From positions 248,001 to 312,000 of the forward strand of contig NIVC01000640.1 of the NCBI GenBank assembly GCA_002269645.1: a stretch of DNA of 64,000 nucleotides. Direction: 5' to 3'. Numbering within the stretch: position 1 is the stretch's first letter; each line of letters starts with the position of its first letter. A program made the translations under genes and the position numbers. The stretch is from Macrostomum lignano. Lineage: Eukaryota. A model generated the notes under the pieces. That model was not told the DNA's origin and did no database searches. It worked only from the letters and a program-made list of their open reading frames with translations. Shown piece after piece: positions 20,801 to 35,100 of this stretch.

Positions 20801-23730
20801 ATGGAACCATTCCTCGAGACGATTGAGGTTCTGGCCAAGCTGCGCAGCCGGTCTGCTGTTTCACGTAGCTCCGCCAAGACTGTTATTGCATCTTTTCTGT
20901 AGTTGCTGTTTCATTGCATTGCCTTCATTTTCAAAAACTGAAAGCTATCTGACTTTCTTGTGCTCGAGTAGTTTTATCCCTAGATATAAGATATTCCTAC
21001 AGGATAGATAATGGAATAATGGAAATGGTATAATGGAATTATGGAAATGGTGTATTTTTGCAGACACAATATCATAGTTTATTTAGTCCATTTTGCGTTC
21101 CAAATGTTGGATTTGCATTTTTAGAAATGAGAATGCATTTTTGCACTTTGCAGTTTTTCTGTCTGTGAGATAATAAAAATGAAGGGTGCACAAAACAACA
21201 TTTAATTCAATGGGTATCCATTTGCCACATTATAAAGTCTGTTTAAATCCTTGTTGGAATGTTGTCAAATCGCAGCCGGGGTGTTCGTGCACTTTTACTT
21301 TTTGTGTGTTCTATAATGTGGCTTTCTGTGGAATTTTGTCCAGTCTTCTATGCTATACAAGGTGTGTTTTGTTAACTTTTTTGCACATCAAAATGGAAAC
21401 TGTATGCCTCTGCTTTTTATGTATGCATGCTAGAGCTTTTTACTTTACTGTTGCTGGTGTAAAGACGTTTATAATGTGTACATTATATTTTATATGCAAC
21501 TCATTACTTGCAAGTGATGAGTTGTTAATATTACAGAAAACATTCTTGGCCTTCAGTGACTTCCTTTATTAATTCATGAAATCGACCCTCCAAAAGGGCA
21601 TGCAATGATTGCAATCCTTAAAGCTCGGACCCCTCTAAAATGGACCTTATTTGGACCTTAAAAAGCGGACCCTTTTTTAAAATGGACATTCGGAGGTCCA
21701 AAAATATCGACGCTGCGGACCTTGCAATTTGGACCTTATTCTAACAATTTGGCCCTCAAAAATCGGACCTTTTTTAAAAATGGACCTTCAGAGGTCCAAA
21801 AATATCGACGCTGCGGACCTTACAATTTGGACCTTGTGTGAACCTTTTTTTGGACCTTTTTGCACCGCAGTGCAGACTCCGTGTAACTCCTTACCATCAG
21901 CGAGGTCATTGCGTATCAGTATCAGCTACGCAATCAGTCTTAGCTATCATACTTTTATCTGTACCGAGCAATAGAAAATCCACTGCGCGTCCCAAAGCCT
22001 AAAGTCCTAACGACTCTGGATTCCAGGCAATTCATCGTGCGTTTCCTAACCACTCTGGATTCCTGGCAATTCATTGTGCGTTTCCTAACGCCTCTGGATT
22101 CCAGGCAATTCATTGTGCGTTTCCTAACCACTCTGGATTCCAGCAATTCATTGTGCGTTTCCTAACGCCTCTGGATTCCAGGCAATTCATTGTGCGTTTC
22201 CTAACCACTCTGGATTCCAGCAATTCAGTGTGCGTTTCCTAACCACTCTGGATTCCAGCAATTCAGTGTGCGTTTCCTAACGCCTCTGGATTCCAGGCAA
22301 TTCATTGTGCGTTGCTCAACGACTTTGGATTCCAGGCAATTCAGTGTGCGTTTCCTAACGCCTCTGGATTCCAGGCAATTCATTGTGCGTTGCTCAACGA
22401 CTTTGGATTCCAGGCAATTCATTGTGCGTTTCCTAACCACTCTGGATTCCAGCAATTCAGTGTGCGTTTCCTAACGCCTCTGGATTCCAGGCAATTCATT
22501 GTGCGTTTCTCAACGACTTTGGATTCCAGGCAATTCAGTGTGCGTTTCCTAACGCCTCTGGATTCCAGGCAATTCATCGTGCGTTTCTCAACGACTTTGG
22601 ATTCCAGGCAAGTCATTGTGCGTTTCCTAACCACTCTGGATTCCAGGCAATTCATTTTGAGTTGCTCAACGACTTTGGATTCCAGGCAATTCATTGTGCG
22701 TTTCTCAACGACTTTGGATTCCAGGCAATTCATTGTGCGTTTCCTAACGCCTCTGGATTCCAGGCAATTCATTGTGCGTTTTTCAACGACTTTGGATTCC
22801 AGGCAAGTCATTGTGCGTTTCCTAACCGCTCTGGATTCTAGGCAATTCATTTTGCGTTTCCTAACGACTCTGGATTCTAGGCAAGTCATTGTGCGTTGCT
22901 CAACGACTTTGGATTCCAGGCAATTTATTGTGCGTTGCTCAACGACTTTGGATTCCAGGCAATTCATTGTGCGTTGCTCAACGACTTTGGATTCCAGGCA
23001 ATTCATTGTGCGTTTCTCAACGACTTTGGATTCCAGGCAATTCATTGTGCGTTGCTCAACGACTTTGGATTCCAGGCAATTCATTGTGCGTTTCCTAACC
23101 ACTCTGGATTCCTGGCAATTCATTGTGCGTTTCCTAACGCCTATGGATTCCAGACTGATTTATGCCGTTATTATATAACAGCACTGTTAAACTTTACTAG
23201 CTCGGCGACCATACCATCGTAGAAACCAACCGGATAGAATGTCGAAATCATTTTTTTAATCGAGCCGAGTCTTTGCCTTGCTACAAGTGAGTCTTTGCTA
23301 CCTGTAAAAAATCGTTTCTTACTTGCTTTTGTAGGTAAAAAAACTACGGACGCAAATTGTAAAATAGACTTTTGACCCAACCCCCCCCCCTGTATAAGAA
23401 ACATAAAATACTCGGATTCAAGAGCTCAATGTTTATCGTGTAATGTGTGTGCGACACACCTGTCTCTATATGTTATTGCATACACAAATACACACAAACA
23501 AACACAAGTAGAGAGGGCTCTAATTTAAGTCGACTTCTCTGGCTCACCTGCGACACCGGGCAATTAGCCCTAGCGGCACCCGTACCGCATATACGGCGGC
23601 CATTTTTAACTAGGACAACACCCTGGCCCATTGTGGCATTATCCAGCTGCACTGGCGGCGCCAGGGTCACCGGCTGGTAGGCAAACTGGTCCCGGTACAT
23701 ACGCCGAAAGCAGCGAGCGCAGGAAGCCAT
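17879..23730 (-). CDS. SPRYD7: SPRY domain-containing protein 7, 194 aa, exons 23730-23548 and 18280-17879
   Basis: Donor cag|gtgagc at 23548 and acceptor cccacag| at 18281, phase 0. Spliced MASCARCF...GQGVVLVKNGRRICGTG...Q|DKAYWEVK...GDVIGLTYDHV...GIRGTVFPTFYVDDGAILD...PPVGF matches SPRYD7 from memory along its whole length. Confidence 0.93.
19289..20902 (+). CDS. Intact CIDE-N-like + SAMD3-like ORF nested antisense in the SPRYD7 intron; probable accessory gene of a CACTA/EnSpm element; start exon not identified
   Basis: Frame is open from acceptor ttttcacttcag|19289 to the stop at 20902. N-terminus LRICTGDKSRKKLVCASSLDQLRLKGCEKLG...WIVTEDGFEIDDDD...LLQGE resembles the CIDE-N pattern. Central Y-x-S...ICCAIIATYSGLRD...WRIKI...DLRSRK and C-terminal YVAFNLQH...FLE resemble SAMD3-like proteins. 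Confidence 0.75.
   Translation, partial: LRICTGDKSRKKLVCASSLDQLRLKGCEKLGIADADNVWIVTEDGFEIDDDDLIPEIAKEAKFVYFLLQGELLDCVSKPSNETPFMPSNPARQQASSSELVGSTGVSMPGGAAAGSLPWPEVYTLPRMGELSDALRELRLNPEKGAEFKVNPTFVNRFLKFIIEDVFQQFKSEDNPYLSGVEIRDICCAIIATYSGLRDDSPEGFRFWRIKICRRLKDLRSRKLTSFTSPIVLQMRGKHGRKRKVTAAAAAACAPTGDTSADELGDDGVDEPIDDSGDDEQPPFEHRPVEPDCRSVMNKSVDFENDGTVPPSHEQRRERLNSDFGRVSISEVLDEMRVLFPVRISRCQDKTVAEEVELYRPLTLLPVILQETHLMIEEYNKSKTDYICASGPNEIRTNITAALMKIYNNRKHLKNYKFCKKYVDAVDSDDEKLCAAVCLLLGRLKIDAEKIFCDGLPVRIVRDENSKWSGVSVNGATLVFDNAADTVIVFIIVYVAFNLQHVPFMEPFLETIEVLAKLRSRSAVSRSSAKTVIASFL
21575..21872 (+). mobile_element. Right end of a CACTA/EnSpm (CMC)-like transposon
   Basis: Dense GGACCT/AGGTCC subterminal motifs, a duplicated ~65-bp block and the terminus ...TTTTTGCACCGCAGTG (reverse complement CACTG...). 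No matching left end found. Confidence 0.55.
22005..23152. repeat. 39-bp minisatellite CTGGATTCCAGGCAATTCATTGTGCGTTTCCTAACCACT (with variants), about 30 copies, in the SPRYD7 intron
   Basis: Direct tandem repetition; gives 13-aa-periodic ORFs. Confidence 0.95.
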
Positions 23731-23924
23731 TGATTGGTTCGTTGATTTGAATGCGACAGATTGAAAGCTGTGACGCAGGGCCGAAACTGCAGATTCGTTA
23801 ATGAGTCCAATGAGAATGGGCTGACTGAAGGGTAATGAGTATACGTTTGAGTATGAGTTGTTGAAAATGGACGACTCATTTTTTATAGACCTAAATATCT
23901 TCACTAAATAATCTGACTTAAGGC

Positions 23925-24852
23925 TAGAGGGGGGCGCACAGGAGGAGGCGCCAGCTACAGAGGGGGGTGCTAGCTACAGAGAGGGCACCAGCTACAGAGG
24001 GGGGTGCTAGCTACAGAGAGGGCGCCAGCTACAGAGGGGGGCGCGAGCTAAAGGGGGCGCCAGCTACAGAGGGCGCCAGCTACAGAGGAGGGCGCAAGCT
24101 ACAGAGGGGGGCGCCAGCTACAGAGGAGGGCGCCAGCTACAGAGGAGAGCGCAAGCTACAGAGGGGGGCGCCAGCTACAGAGAGGGCGCCAGCTACAGAG
24201 GAGGGCGCCAGCTACAGAGGAGGGCGCAAGCTACAGAGGGCGCCAGCTACAGAGGGCGCCAGCTAGAGGGGGCGCCAGCTACAGAGGGCGCCAGCTACAG
24301 AGGGCGCCAGCTACAGAGGAGGGCGCAAGCTACAGAGGAGGGCGCCAGCTACAGAGGAGAGCGCAAGCTACAGAGGGGGGCGCCAGCTACAGAGAGGGCG
24401 CCAGCTACAGAGGAGGGCGCCAGCTACAGAGGAGGGCGCAAGCTACAGAGAGCGCCAGCTACAGAGGGCGCCAGCTAGAGGGGGCGCCAGCTACAGAGGG
24501 GGCGCCAGCTACAGAGGGCGCCAGCTACAGAGGAGGGCGCAAGCTACAGAGGAGGGCGCCAGCTACAGAGGGCGCCAGCTACAGAGGAGAGCGCAAGCTA
24601 CAGAGGGGGGCGCCAGCTACAGAGGAGGGCGCCAGCTACAGAGGAGGGCGCCAGGTACAGAGGGCGCCAGCTACAGAGGAGGGCGCAAGCTACAGAGGGC
24701 GCCAGCTACAGAGGGCGCCAGCTACAGAGGGCGCCAGCTACAGAGGGGGGCGCCAGCTACAGAGGGCGCCAGCTACAGAGGAGGGCGCAAGCTACAGAGG
24801 GGGCGCCAGCAACAGAGGGAGCGCCAGCTACAGGGGGGGGGGGCGCCAACTA
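23925..24852. repeat. 17-20 bp minisatellite GCTACAGAG(G)nGCGCCA
   Basis: About 50 variable copies between ZMIZ copy 1 and SPRYD7. Confidence 0.95.
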
Positions 24853-25215
24853 TAGCTAAAAAAACTTCCAATATTTAAACATCTCTGGCTTGTCCTTATC
24901 TAGTTTAAAAACGGCCTTGGTGATAGATACTCAGCCAGAGATACTACAGCGTGCAGAAGAAACACTACTTAGGAGCTTCTGCCTAAATCAAAAAACGAAA
25001 AAATGAAGACGCCGAACTCCATGTGCAAATAAAATTTTATATTAAAAATTAGATACAATTAAATACGTTTGTTTATGTACATGTACACATCAAATACTTT
25101 AAACTTAGCAAAGCGGCATTGCAGCACGACATTCTGCATTAAATAGCGACGAACAAAACACATGTAATTAAGTAGATTGCTAAGGTAGAAATGATAAATG
25201 TCAAGAAAAAATTGG

Positions 25216-26919
<1,704 letters not shown>

Positions 26920-27429
26920 AAAATTTTTTAAAGTGATTTTTTGACTTATTTAATTTGATACTATGGAATGCAGGAAAATATGTAAAATGTTGAGCTTGAT
27001 TCAAATTAAATAATAAAAGAAACATAAAGCAGTAGTATATTTCTGAATTCCCCAATAAAAAATATATAGGGTTTAAAGTAAAAAATAATTGATATACTTC
27101 AATTTTTAAAGCAAATATCTTAATAGAAAACTAATATATTTTATGACCAATCATTTAGAATAAAGCCTAATAATAAAAATCTCTGTTGTAGTGCATGGCT
27201 TCAACACATTTTACTCTTATTCTTACCCTAAGTATGCCATCTTTATACTAGTGGCACCCAGGAGAAATAAGATGGGGGGAGGGAAATACTTTAGGCTTTT
27301 TGCCTTGTTGAAGTTTTGAGTATATATACCCTTATTATATAGGGTATATAATACTTTGACAATTTTTGTGTATTAGTAGACACTGATCATTTTTACCTAA
27401 ATTTTTTTAGGTTTTTAGGCCCAAGAAAT

Positions 27430-27802
27430 CAGTGGCGCAACTGGGGGGGGGGGGGTGGGGAGGGCGAGGTGGGCAGTCACCCCCCTTAGGTGGAGACTCA
27501 TGCTTGGGCGCAACCTTGGGATTCACTCGGCCGTTTCTATTGGCAACACACACGTGTATGTCGCTATTGGACAGAATAGTAGTCACGTGACTGCTCTCAG
27601 CCAATAGCGACTTACATGTGTGTGTTGCCAATAGAAACGGCCGGGTGATTCCCAAGGTTGCGCGCGTATGTGGAGACTCAAAAAATCAAATGGGGGCCAA
27701 GAGAATTTTCACCAAAAACAGAGCCAAACCTCTGTCCCCCTCCTGGGACTTTACCTACCAGAATCTGCCCCCCCCCCTAAAAAATTTTTGGTTGCACTAT
27801 TG
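27430..27802. mobile_element. hAT-like MITE containing a nested MITE
   Basis: Ends CAGTGGCGCAAC...GTTGCACTATTG; flanks caagaaat/caataaat. Confidence 0.6.
27499..27670. mobile_element. ~172-bp MITE (CATGCTTGGGCGCAAC ... GTTGCGCGCGTATG family)
   Basis: Perfect 8-bp TSD tggagact; internal palindromic structure; homologues at 45519-45690 and ~52890-53610. Confidence 0.85.
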
Positions 27803-28604
27803 CAATAAATCTTTTTATATAAACAATTTCAATTGACCAATTCTTATGCCTAATGTCATTTTTAGCTCTTGTCTCTTGTCTATTAATAATAATAAATCTG
27901 ATATAAATAGAATAGCCAAAACATTTGCAATAATATCTTAAAAAGTTAGCCTTAGGTCTCAAATGCATGGGATAACTAAAGAAATTGTTTTGCTATTCTT
28001 CACTATATCTATATCCAATGCCTTTAATTTCTTTCTATCATGTAGTAGACTTGATTTAGTATATTAAAAGTTGTTTCCTAACTAGGGACAACAATACTGA
28101 CCTATAATAAACTAAAAAAGATAATTTTGTCAATTTAAAAAACTATTTTTAGTATACAAAGAGCATTACAAACAGACAAATAGACAGATCTTAGAGATTT
28201 AGTAAATTTAAATTGGTTGAAAATTGAAAAATAGACTCAGTTTATATTGGTTTTATATTTTATGATGACTTCTTAAAAGACAAAATCCTCAAGATTTCTT
28301 TATTTATATCAACATAGTTAAAGGATTGTAAGCCTATTGCAAATGCAAGTTTCATATACATACATGCCCAACATCTATCTGACCTATCCGAACCAGACAG
28401 GTAAAAAACGTGAAATGGCCATTGGCCAAGATAAGTCACAAAATCAAAAATATGAAATATGAAAAATTGGGAAAAGAAAGAAGAGAGGAAAAGAAAGGAA
28501 AAAAAGGAAGGAGAAAAGAGAGAGAGGGGAAAGAAAAGAGAGAAAGAGAAAAAGGCAAGAAAAGTCATATACAAAGTGAAAATTAAGTTGCAATCAAGAG
28601 GAAC

Positions 28605-29760
28605 CCAGTGTGCAGATCATGTATCCATGTATGCTGGACCAAATTTGGGCATCAAGAACTTTGTATGCCAATATACGCCAAAAACAAAATGTTGTACTAA
28701 AATGTACACCAAAAATTCCTAAAAAAAGGTAATATGGTTTTCACAAGTAGAGTCTTCTAAGAAAGGCTTTTGTATGATAAGTGTTTATAAAATATTACAA
28801 ATATTTTCAGTTTAAACAAATTCAAATTATACCCACAAAAATATGGCCCAAAATTGATACTCTAAGCAAAAATTTACACTAATTTTATTCATTTTTAATT
28901 TTGAAGAAGCAAAAATTTTATCACGATCCAGGTTGCGGATGGTATGCATGTACGCCGGAACTTTTCCGGCGTACAAAACGGCCACCCTAAGTCCTTGGCG
29001 TACACAATCGGCGTACACAACCCCTGGCGCACTCTGTCGGCGTACACTATTGGCGTACACAAGTAACACAGCCACGCATACTTTTTTGGCGTACAAATTT
29101 TGGTGAATAAATTCATGCCGTGCATGAAAATTGTAAAGTAAATTAACGTTTTTACGTAAAGTAAAGGAAAATTTATATCGTCAATGATAAACTTTTTGCT
29201 TATTTTAAGTTAAAAAAAATAAAATTAGTGTAAAATTTTGCTGAAAGTATTAATTTTTCATAATATTTTTTGTAGGTAGTATTTAAGTTTGTTTAAACTG
29301 AAAAAATTCGTAATATTTTAAAGACACTTTTCATACCAAAGCATTTCCTAGAAAACTCTACTCGTGAAAACCGAATGACCTTTTTTTAGGAATTTTTGGT
29401 GTACATTTTAGTGCAACTTTTTGTTTTTGGCGTACACTAGCGTACAAAGTCCTTGACGCCCGAATTTTTTCCGGCGTACACGGGTACATGATCCGCACAC
29501 TGGCTGACGATACAAATTTTCCATTACTTTACCTTAAAATGTTAATTTACATTACAATTTTCATGTATGGCATGAATTTATTTACCAAAATTTGTATGCC
29601 AAAAAAGTATGCATGGCTATGTTACTTGTATATGCCAATAGTGTATGCCAACAAAGTTTGCCAGGGGTTGTGAATGCCAATTTTGTACACCAAGGACTTA
29701 GGGTGGCCATTTTGTACGCCAGAAAAGTTCCGGCATACATGCATACTATCCACAACCTAG
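28605..29760. mobile_element. Older non-autonomous DNA transposon (CCAG...CTAG ends) with a younger copy of the same family inserted in reverse at 28928-29503
   Basis: Outer flanks agaggaac/aaaggaac. Arm order A+ [B+ A-] B-. An uninterrupted A+B- homologue lies at ~53030-53555. Confidence 0.8.
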
Positions 29761-31187
29761 AAAGGAACTAAGTTGCAATTGGGAGAAACTAAGTCACAAA
29801 TTTGGACAAACTAAGTTGCATTGGACAGGTGAAATTTTGAGGTTGGGCATATATGTTCATATAGTATATAGCACCACTGTAGTGATAGAGTGAATATAGA
29901 TTTTTGCAAGTTTCTAAAAGCAAATCTAAAGATACCAAAAGTTCCCAATCCAAATCCAAATATCCAAATGTGTTTTTGATTAGTAAGCAGAAAGTAAAGG
30001 TAAATGAAAGGAGCAACTATGACACTTTTGATATAATGATATAGTGCCTTAATAATTCAATATAATAACTCCTTATAACATAGCCTTCTATATTTCTCTA
30101 TTTTTACAATTAGTTTGCTATTTCCTTGAAACTGCCATGTTTAAATTTATAGCTAAAAACATTGTTTAAATGTTGCAATATAAAATGTTATTTTGCAAAA
30201 AAATTTGTCTTAAATAGACCACTCAACTAGTATAAATAAAAGCCCCAAGTGGGCCAATGAAGCCAATTTGCAGAGATCTACAGAGGACAATCCCAGATCC
30301 CAGAGCCCCTACCTCTTCATGTTTCTACAATTAGGCCCTAGACCTACAATTACAACTACAGTCCCGCTTAGGGTTAGGGCTAAGGCTAAGAAAAAATAAT
30401 GATAAATCTATAGTAAAGTTGTACTGCAACAGTGCAATGCAAGTAAGAGGTTAACAACAATAGAAAAAAGTAAAGTTGGTAAACTGTGTCAAGTTTCAGA
30501 ATGGGCGACTGAAAGATGGATTGGCTCACTGAACCATGGTAGCTCGCCAGCCAACGTTTGAAGTTTTGAACCTGACGGATGGACCGAGTAGCTCGTAGGT
30601 CGTAGACTGCCAGACCGGTTTCAAATCCAGATTCCGTAATATATTTTTGACTTTTCATATTACCGGATTCCAAACGGAATCGACTCGGATTTTCCAAGAA
30701 AATAAGCAGTATAACTAATAAACTTTGTTGAATGTCTGACTGCGTAAACAGCCTTACTTTGCACAGTTTTTAACTCTCCTCTTGGCTATTGCCATTTAAT
30801 AATTACAACTTTATAGCACGTATATTCTTCTAGTTCTGGTTCTAGAACTAGATCCAATTTGTAAGTTATAACTTTCAGTCTCCTAAACAAGCAACTTGAT
30901 ATGAAAAGCCCTTTGAATGTGCAATTAAATTTAACTAATTATTTGAAAAAAAGATCAGAAAAAAAACTAAAACAGCTAAGCTGGCCCGGCTCCAATTGCG
31001 GTTGGGTCAAATTTAACCAGTCAAAAGCGCCACGTACTCGTGAGCTATTTCGTGTATTTTTACGGTCGATTAAATTTCTACAAATTGAATGGAGCCTTTT
31101 AATTTCATCACAAACCTTCAGTCATCGAGAATGATCGAGACCATGCTTCTTAAAGCTTGCTTTCAGCTGCATGGTACGTGTCCCGGC

Positions 31188-32144
31188 CAAGGACGACTTA
31201 GGGCCTTTTCATATTGCTTGCTCTGGTTCCAGAACCAGAACCAATTTGTGAAGTATAACTTTTTGTCTCCATAACTAGAGGGAGATACGTGCTATAAAGT
31301 TTTTATTATTGAACGACAATCGCCAAGAAGAAAGTGAAAAATTGTGCTAAGTTAGGTTGTTAAGGCAGTCAAATATTAACAGAGTTTAATAGTTATACTG
31401 CTGTTTTTCTTGGAATTCCGAACCGATTCTGGTTCTGGAATTGGTAATATGAAAAGGCCCTTAGTAGGACGGGAAACCTCGTTTCTTAGAAAATTTTAAA
31501 AAGCAGGTTTTCCCGAAAAAATACACTACGGAGATAGGAAGTTTTCATTTTTCAGCACAAAAACTGTTATTGCTTTTGATGGGAGGCAGATCCAGTGTTC
31601 ATCTTTTGATATGAATTGTGCCTTTCTTATTGCTCTATCGATATTCATAAAGCTTTTTGTTCAAAGAAGTAGGATTCTATGTTAATTTTTTATTCTACGT
31701 ACATTTCCTGTACCTAAAAATAATAAAAATGCATTGCACAGCTCTAAATATTTGGTTTTTTGAATCCATTTTATCATTTGTGCTACGCATATTTGTTACA
31801 CTGCAGTCAGCTAAGAATGATAAAATAGACTCATAAAACCAAAGAGCCGAGCTGTGCTATTTTAATGGCTTTTAGGCACAAGACATCCGCAAATGTACGT
31901 AGAATAAAAAATTAACATTAGAATCCTATTTTTCTGAACGAAAAGCTTTACGAATATCGATAGAGCAATAAGAAAGGCACAACACATCAAAAGATGAACA
32001 CTGGATCTGCCTCCTATCAAAAGCAAAAACTATTTTTGTGCTGAAAAAATGAAAACTTCCTATCTCCGTAGTGTATTTTTTCGGGAAAACCTGCCTTTTA
32101 AAATTTTCTAAGAAACGAGGTTTCCCGTCCTTAAGTCGTCCTTG
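31188..32144. mobile_element. Foldback MITE with long inverted arms (CAAGGACGACTTA...), possibly P-superfamily
   Basis: Perfect 8-bp TSD gtcccggc; ~270-bp inverted arms at 31463-31730 and 31870-32144; homologue at 45375-45916. Confidence 0.8.
31201..31460. mobile_element. PIF/Harbinger-type MITE nested in the left TIR of the foldback element
   Basis: Perfect 15-bp TIR GGGCCTTTTCATATT and TTA TSD; related inverted copy at ~30650-30900 and a fragment at ~41640-41750. Confidence 0.85.
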
Positions 32145-35100
32145 GTCCCGGCCTCTCGGAAACACGTCCGTATATATGCGCTGGTACAGGTACATGTGGC
32201 CATACATAATTTTTGTTTATAATTAAAGCGTTAATCGTACCGGTGAAATTTTTACATGCTTTTTTACGAGCTATATAATCTATCGACAGAATTTTTGATA
32301 TAGTAACAGTGCTTTCTGTAGCTAAACAAGGCAAAACCGTTGAACTTTTTATTCGACGAGTACAGCTGCTGCCCAAAGACCATTGTACACCTACGTACAT
32401 GTATTACAGTAGTGGTACTTGCTGCTTCCATGAATTCTTGAAATAGTTCTTTTGACTACCCGAAACTGCCACATGTAAGCAGATTGTACGGTGCTCAGTG
32501 GACGATGATGCAAGCTCTAGCCAATAGAAATATCAACTGTACACTCATCTCTGAATCGGCATGCAGTGATTCATTACGTGCTTACGTATAACATATCCTA
32601 TAGCTTTGTGTTTAAAATATGATCGAAATCGGTTGCAGGAAGACTCACTTACGTCAGGTGTTTTTCATAAGCGCACCAAACTGTAACTGTCAAAACTTTT
32701 ACATGCATGCGCCTTTGTTCAGAGGTGGATTTAGAAATATAAAATGAGGGGGGGGGGCGGATTTTAACCATAAGTGGGGGCCTCCTACTGAGCAAACTGA
32801 GGGCGGTAAGTATAGTATGAAGTTGGCCACAATAGCCAGGCAATTTCTACGCGTGATTTCGGACACTCCCGTCTTTTTTACTGTTTCGGATTTAATTAAT
32901 CCGTATATTCGAAGTATTATAGTTCAGAATATTGAGATGCTAGTCCAGTGGAAAATAGACGCCATCATCGCCAGCCACGAGAGGGGGATGACTGCCCCCC
33001 TCCCTTACATCCGCACGTGCGGCTTGGCTACCAATTGTAGTTAATGCAATAAATAAAAATTAAGAAAACAAAAGTTACTTTTTTAAAACACGTTTTGGAA
33101 CGGCGCGCGTGATCCGCGAAGCTGCAAGAAAAGAGAAAAAACCTTGCACAGAAAAAGATAAGTCTTACCCACTACGTTACTTTAATACTTTAATATTCGT
33201 ATATTTTCGTTAAAAAAGTTATATACATAATACAAAACTTGATTCGTCGAACGCAATAAATCAACAGTTTCGTCATTTACTTTTAAGACAGTATTTAAAA
33301 TTGGTTCGTCATATGTACATCTCTTGATTTTTGTGTCCATGATAAAGTTAAGAAAAGTTAAGGTAAATACTGAGTCAAATCAGTTGTCAGGGTCCAAGAC
33401 AGTCGGGCTTGATTAAAAAGGAGATCAACCAACACCACAGAGGAGTAGAGAATCAATCAAGGGGAAGCGTTACTTAATTAATAATTTTTAAAAGTTTAAG
33501 TGAGCGCACAGAAAAAAAGGTCGGCATTTGAAATTAAAACAGTGCAATAAAATAACTAATTAGTAGTTTAGACGCAACCGCAATGGCGATTAATGATTTC
33601 TTACACGGAGCAATCAAACAGCTGCTGAGAATGGCAAAAATATTCGCGAACAGACTAATTCAAGTACTTTACTTTTTAATTGGAAAGTGCAAAAATGTAT
33701 CGCGCTTTCACTACACAACAGTGCTCATACATATGGCTTCGCATTAGATAAATACGCAATTATAACATGGCTAATAGAATGTCAGTAAAAGAATAGCAGT
33801 GTCTATATGGAGAAAAAGTGTTCCCTTTAACTATGAGCTGATTGTGACACGCGCTCGGATAATCTCGAAATTATAAATAAATTTAAACAACTTTAACTTC
33901 GAGCAGCACTTATTAAGGAAATAATTTTTCATAATGCCATAAAAGGCCAGGTAAATTGGTATACATTTGGAATACAATGCATATATTATACATGTTGTTG
34001 ATTATAATCAAAGGTTAATAAGTGGAGAGATCAATGATAAGCTACTAGAATAAATAGATACGTCCCTCGCAATAAAATGCGTTTATCTACTCTTCTCAGT
34101 AGCAAAATTAGCGTTTTCACCTCTATATATTTTGAAATTATCCTGTTTTAACTGACTCCAGACTCCTTCGACTCGAAATGATAAAAAAACAAATTTTAGA
34201 CCAAATCCAGTGCGTGCATAGCGAGCAAAAGGGTGGCACCTCCCCCGATAAGCTGATAACCAGTTGGACTGCCTGCCCTCTTCCCCGCTCCTTACTGCTC
34301 TCTCATTGGCTGAGACAGATTGGGCCTGTCTGTTAGGCTTACCTTGACCTCTCTCCTTACTGCTCTCTCATTGGCTGAGCTAGATTGGGCCTGCCTCTCC
34401 CTAGGCTGAGTTTCATCCGTTTAACTTTGACCAATCCTTACTGCTCTCTCATAGCTGAGCTAGATTGGACCGCGCCCTAGTCACTTGTGTACATCCTGTT
34501 AAATAGTTGTTGTTTATTCTTAGCTTTCATCCTTGACGCGTTGAAGGAAAGGAAATTCTAGCTGCTAAATGAAATTTTAGTGTTGACGCGCCAACAAACT
34601 ACTGCAAAAGAGTAGACGCTCAGCTTTATAACAACTTTAATTGCAAGTGACCTATCTATAACTGATTCTAGTATCTGCGAGTTTTCATTAGTTATACAGA
34701 AATTAAAGAACCTAGAAAAAATCAGGCAGACGAGACGCAAGCTGTGAGTAAGGACTTTAATAGTCAAGTTCTACTGTGCAGACAATATGAAAAAAATAAT
34801 TAATTAATAACGACTTAACGCGATCCGAGTATAACAATACAACATCAAAACGAATAGGCAAATATCAATAATAAATAATAGTTGAACTGAGAGTTAAGCA
34901 GTGGTCACATAGGAGAAATGAAATTCGTAAAAATAATAAAGCAGCGGTCACAACGCTGAATTGTCAGTGACAACAATAAGATACACGTGGAACGGACAAC
35001 AAAAAAACTACATTATGGAATAAATCGCTTGAAAAATCGACTGATAAAAAGGAAACTAAGTTTCAGAGCTTTAATAATCCTAAGGTAACTCGCGCGTCAG

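Noticed and set aside
22225-23222. Repetitive ORFs (LDSRQFIVRF..., CLESKVVE...)
   Set aside because: Products of the 39-bp minisatellite in the SPRYD7 intron
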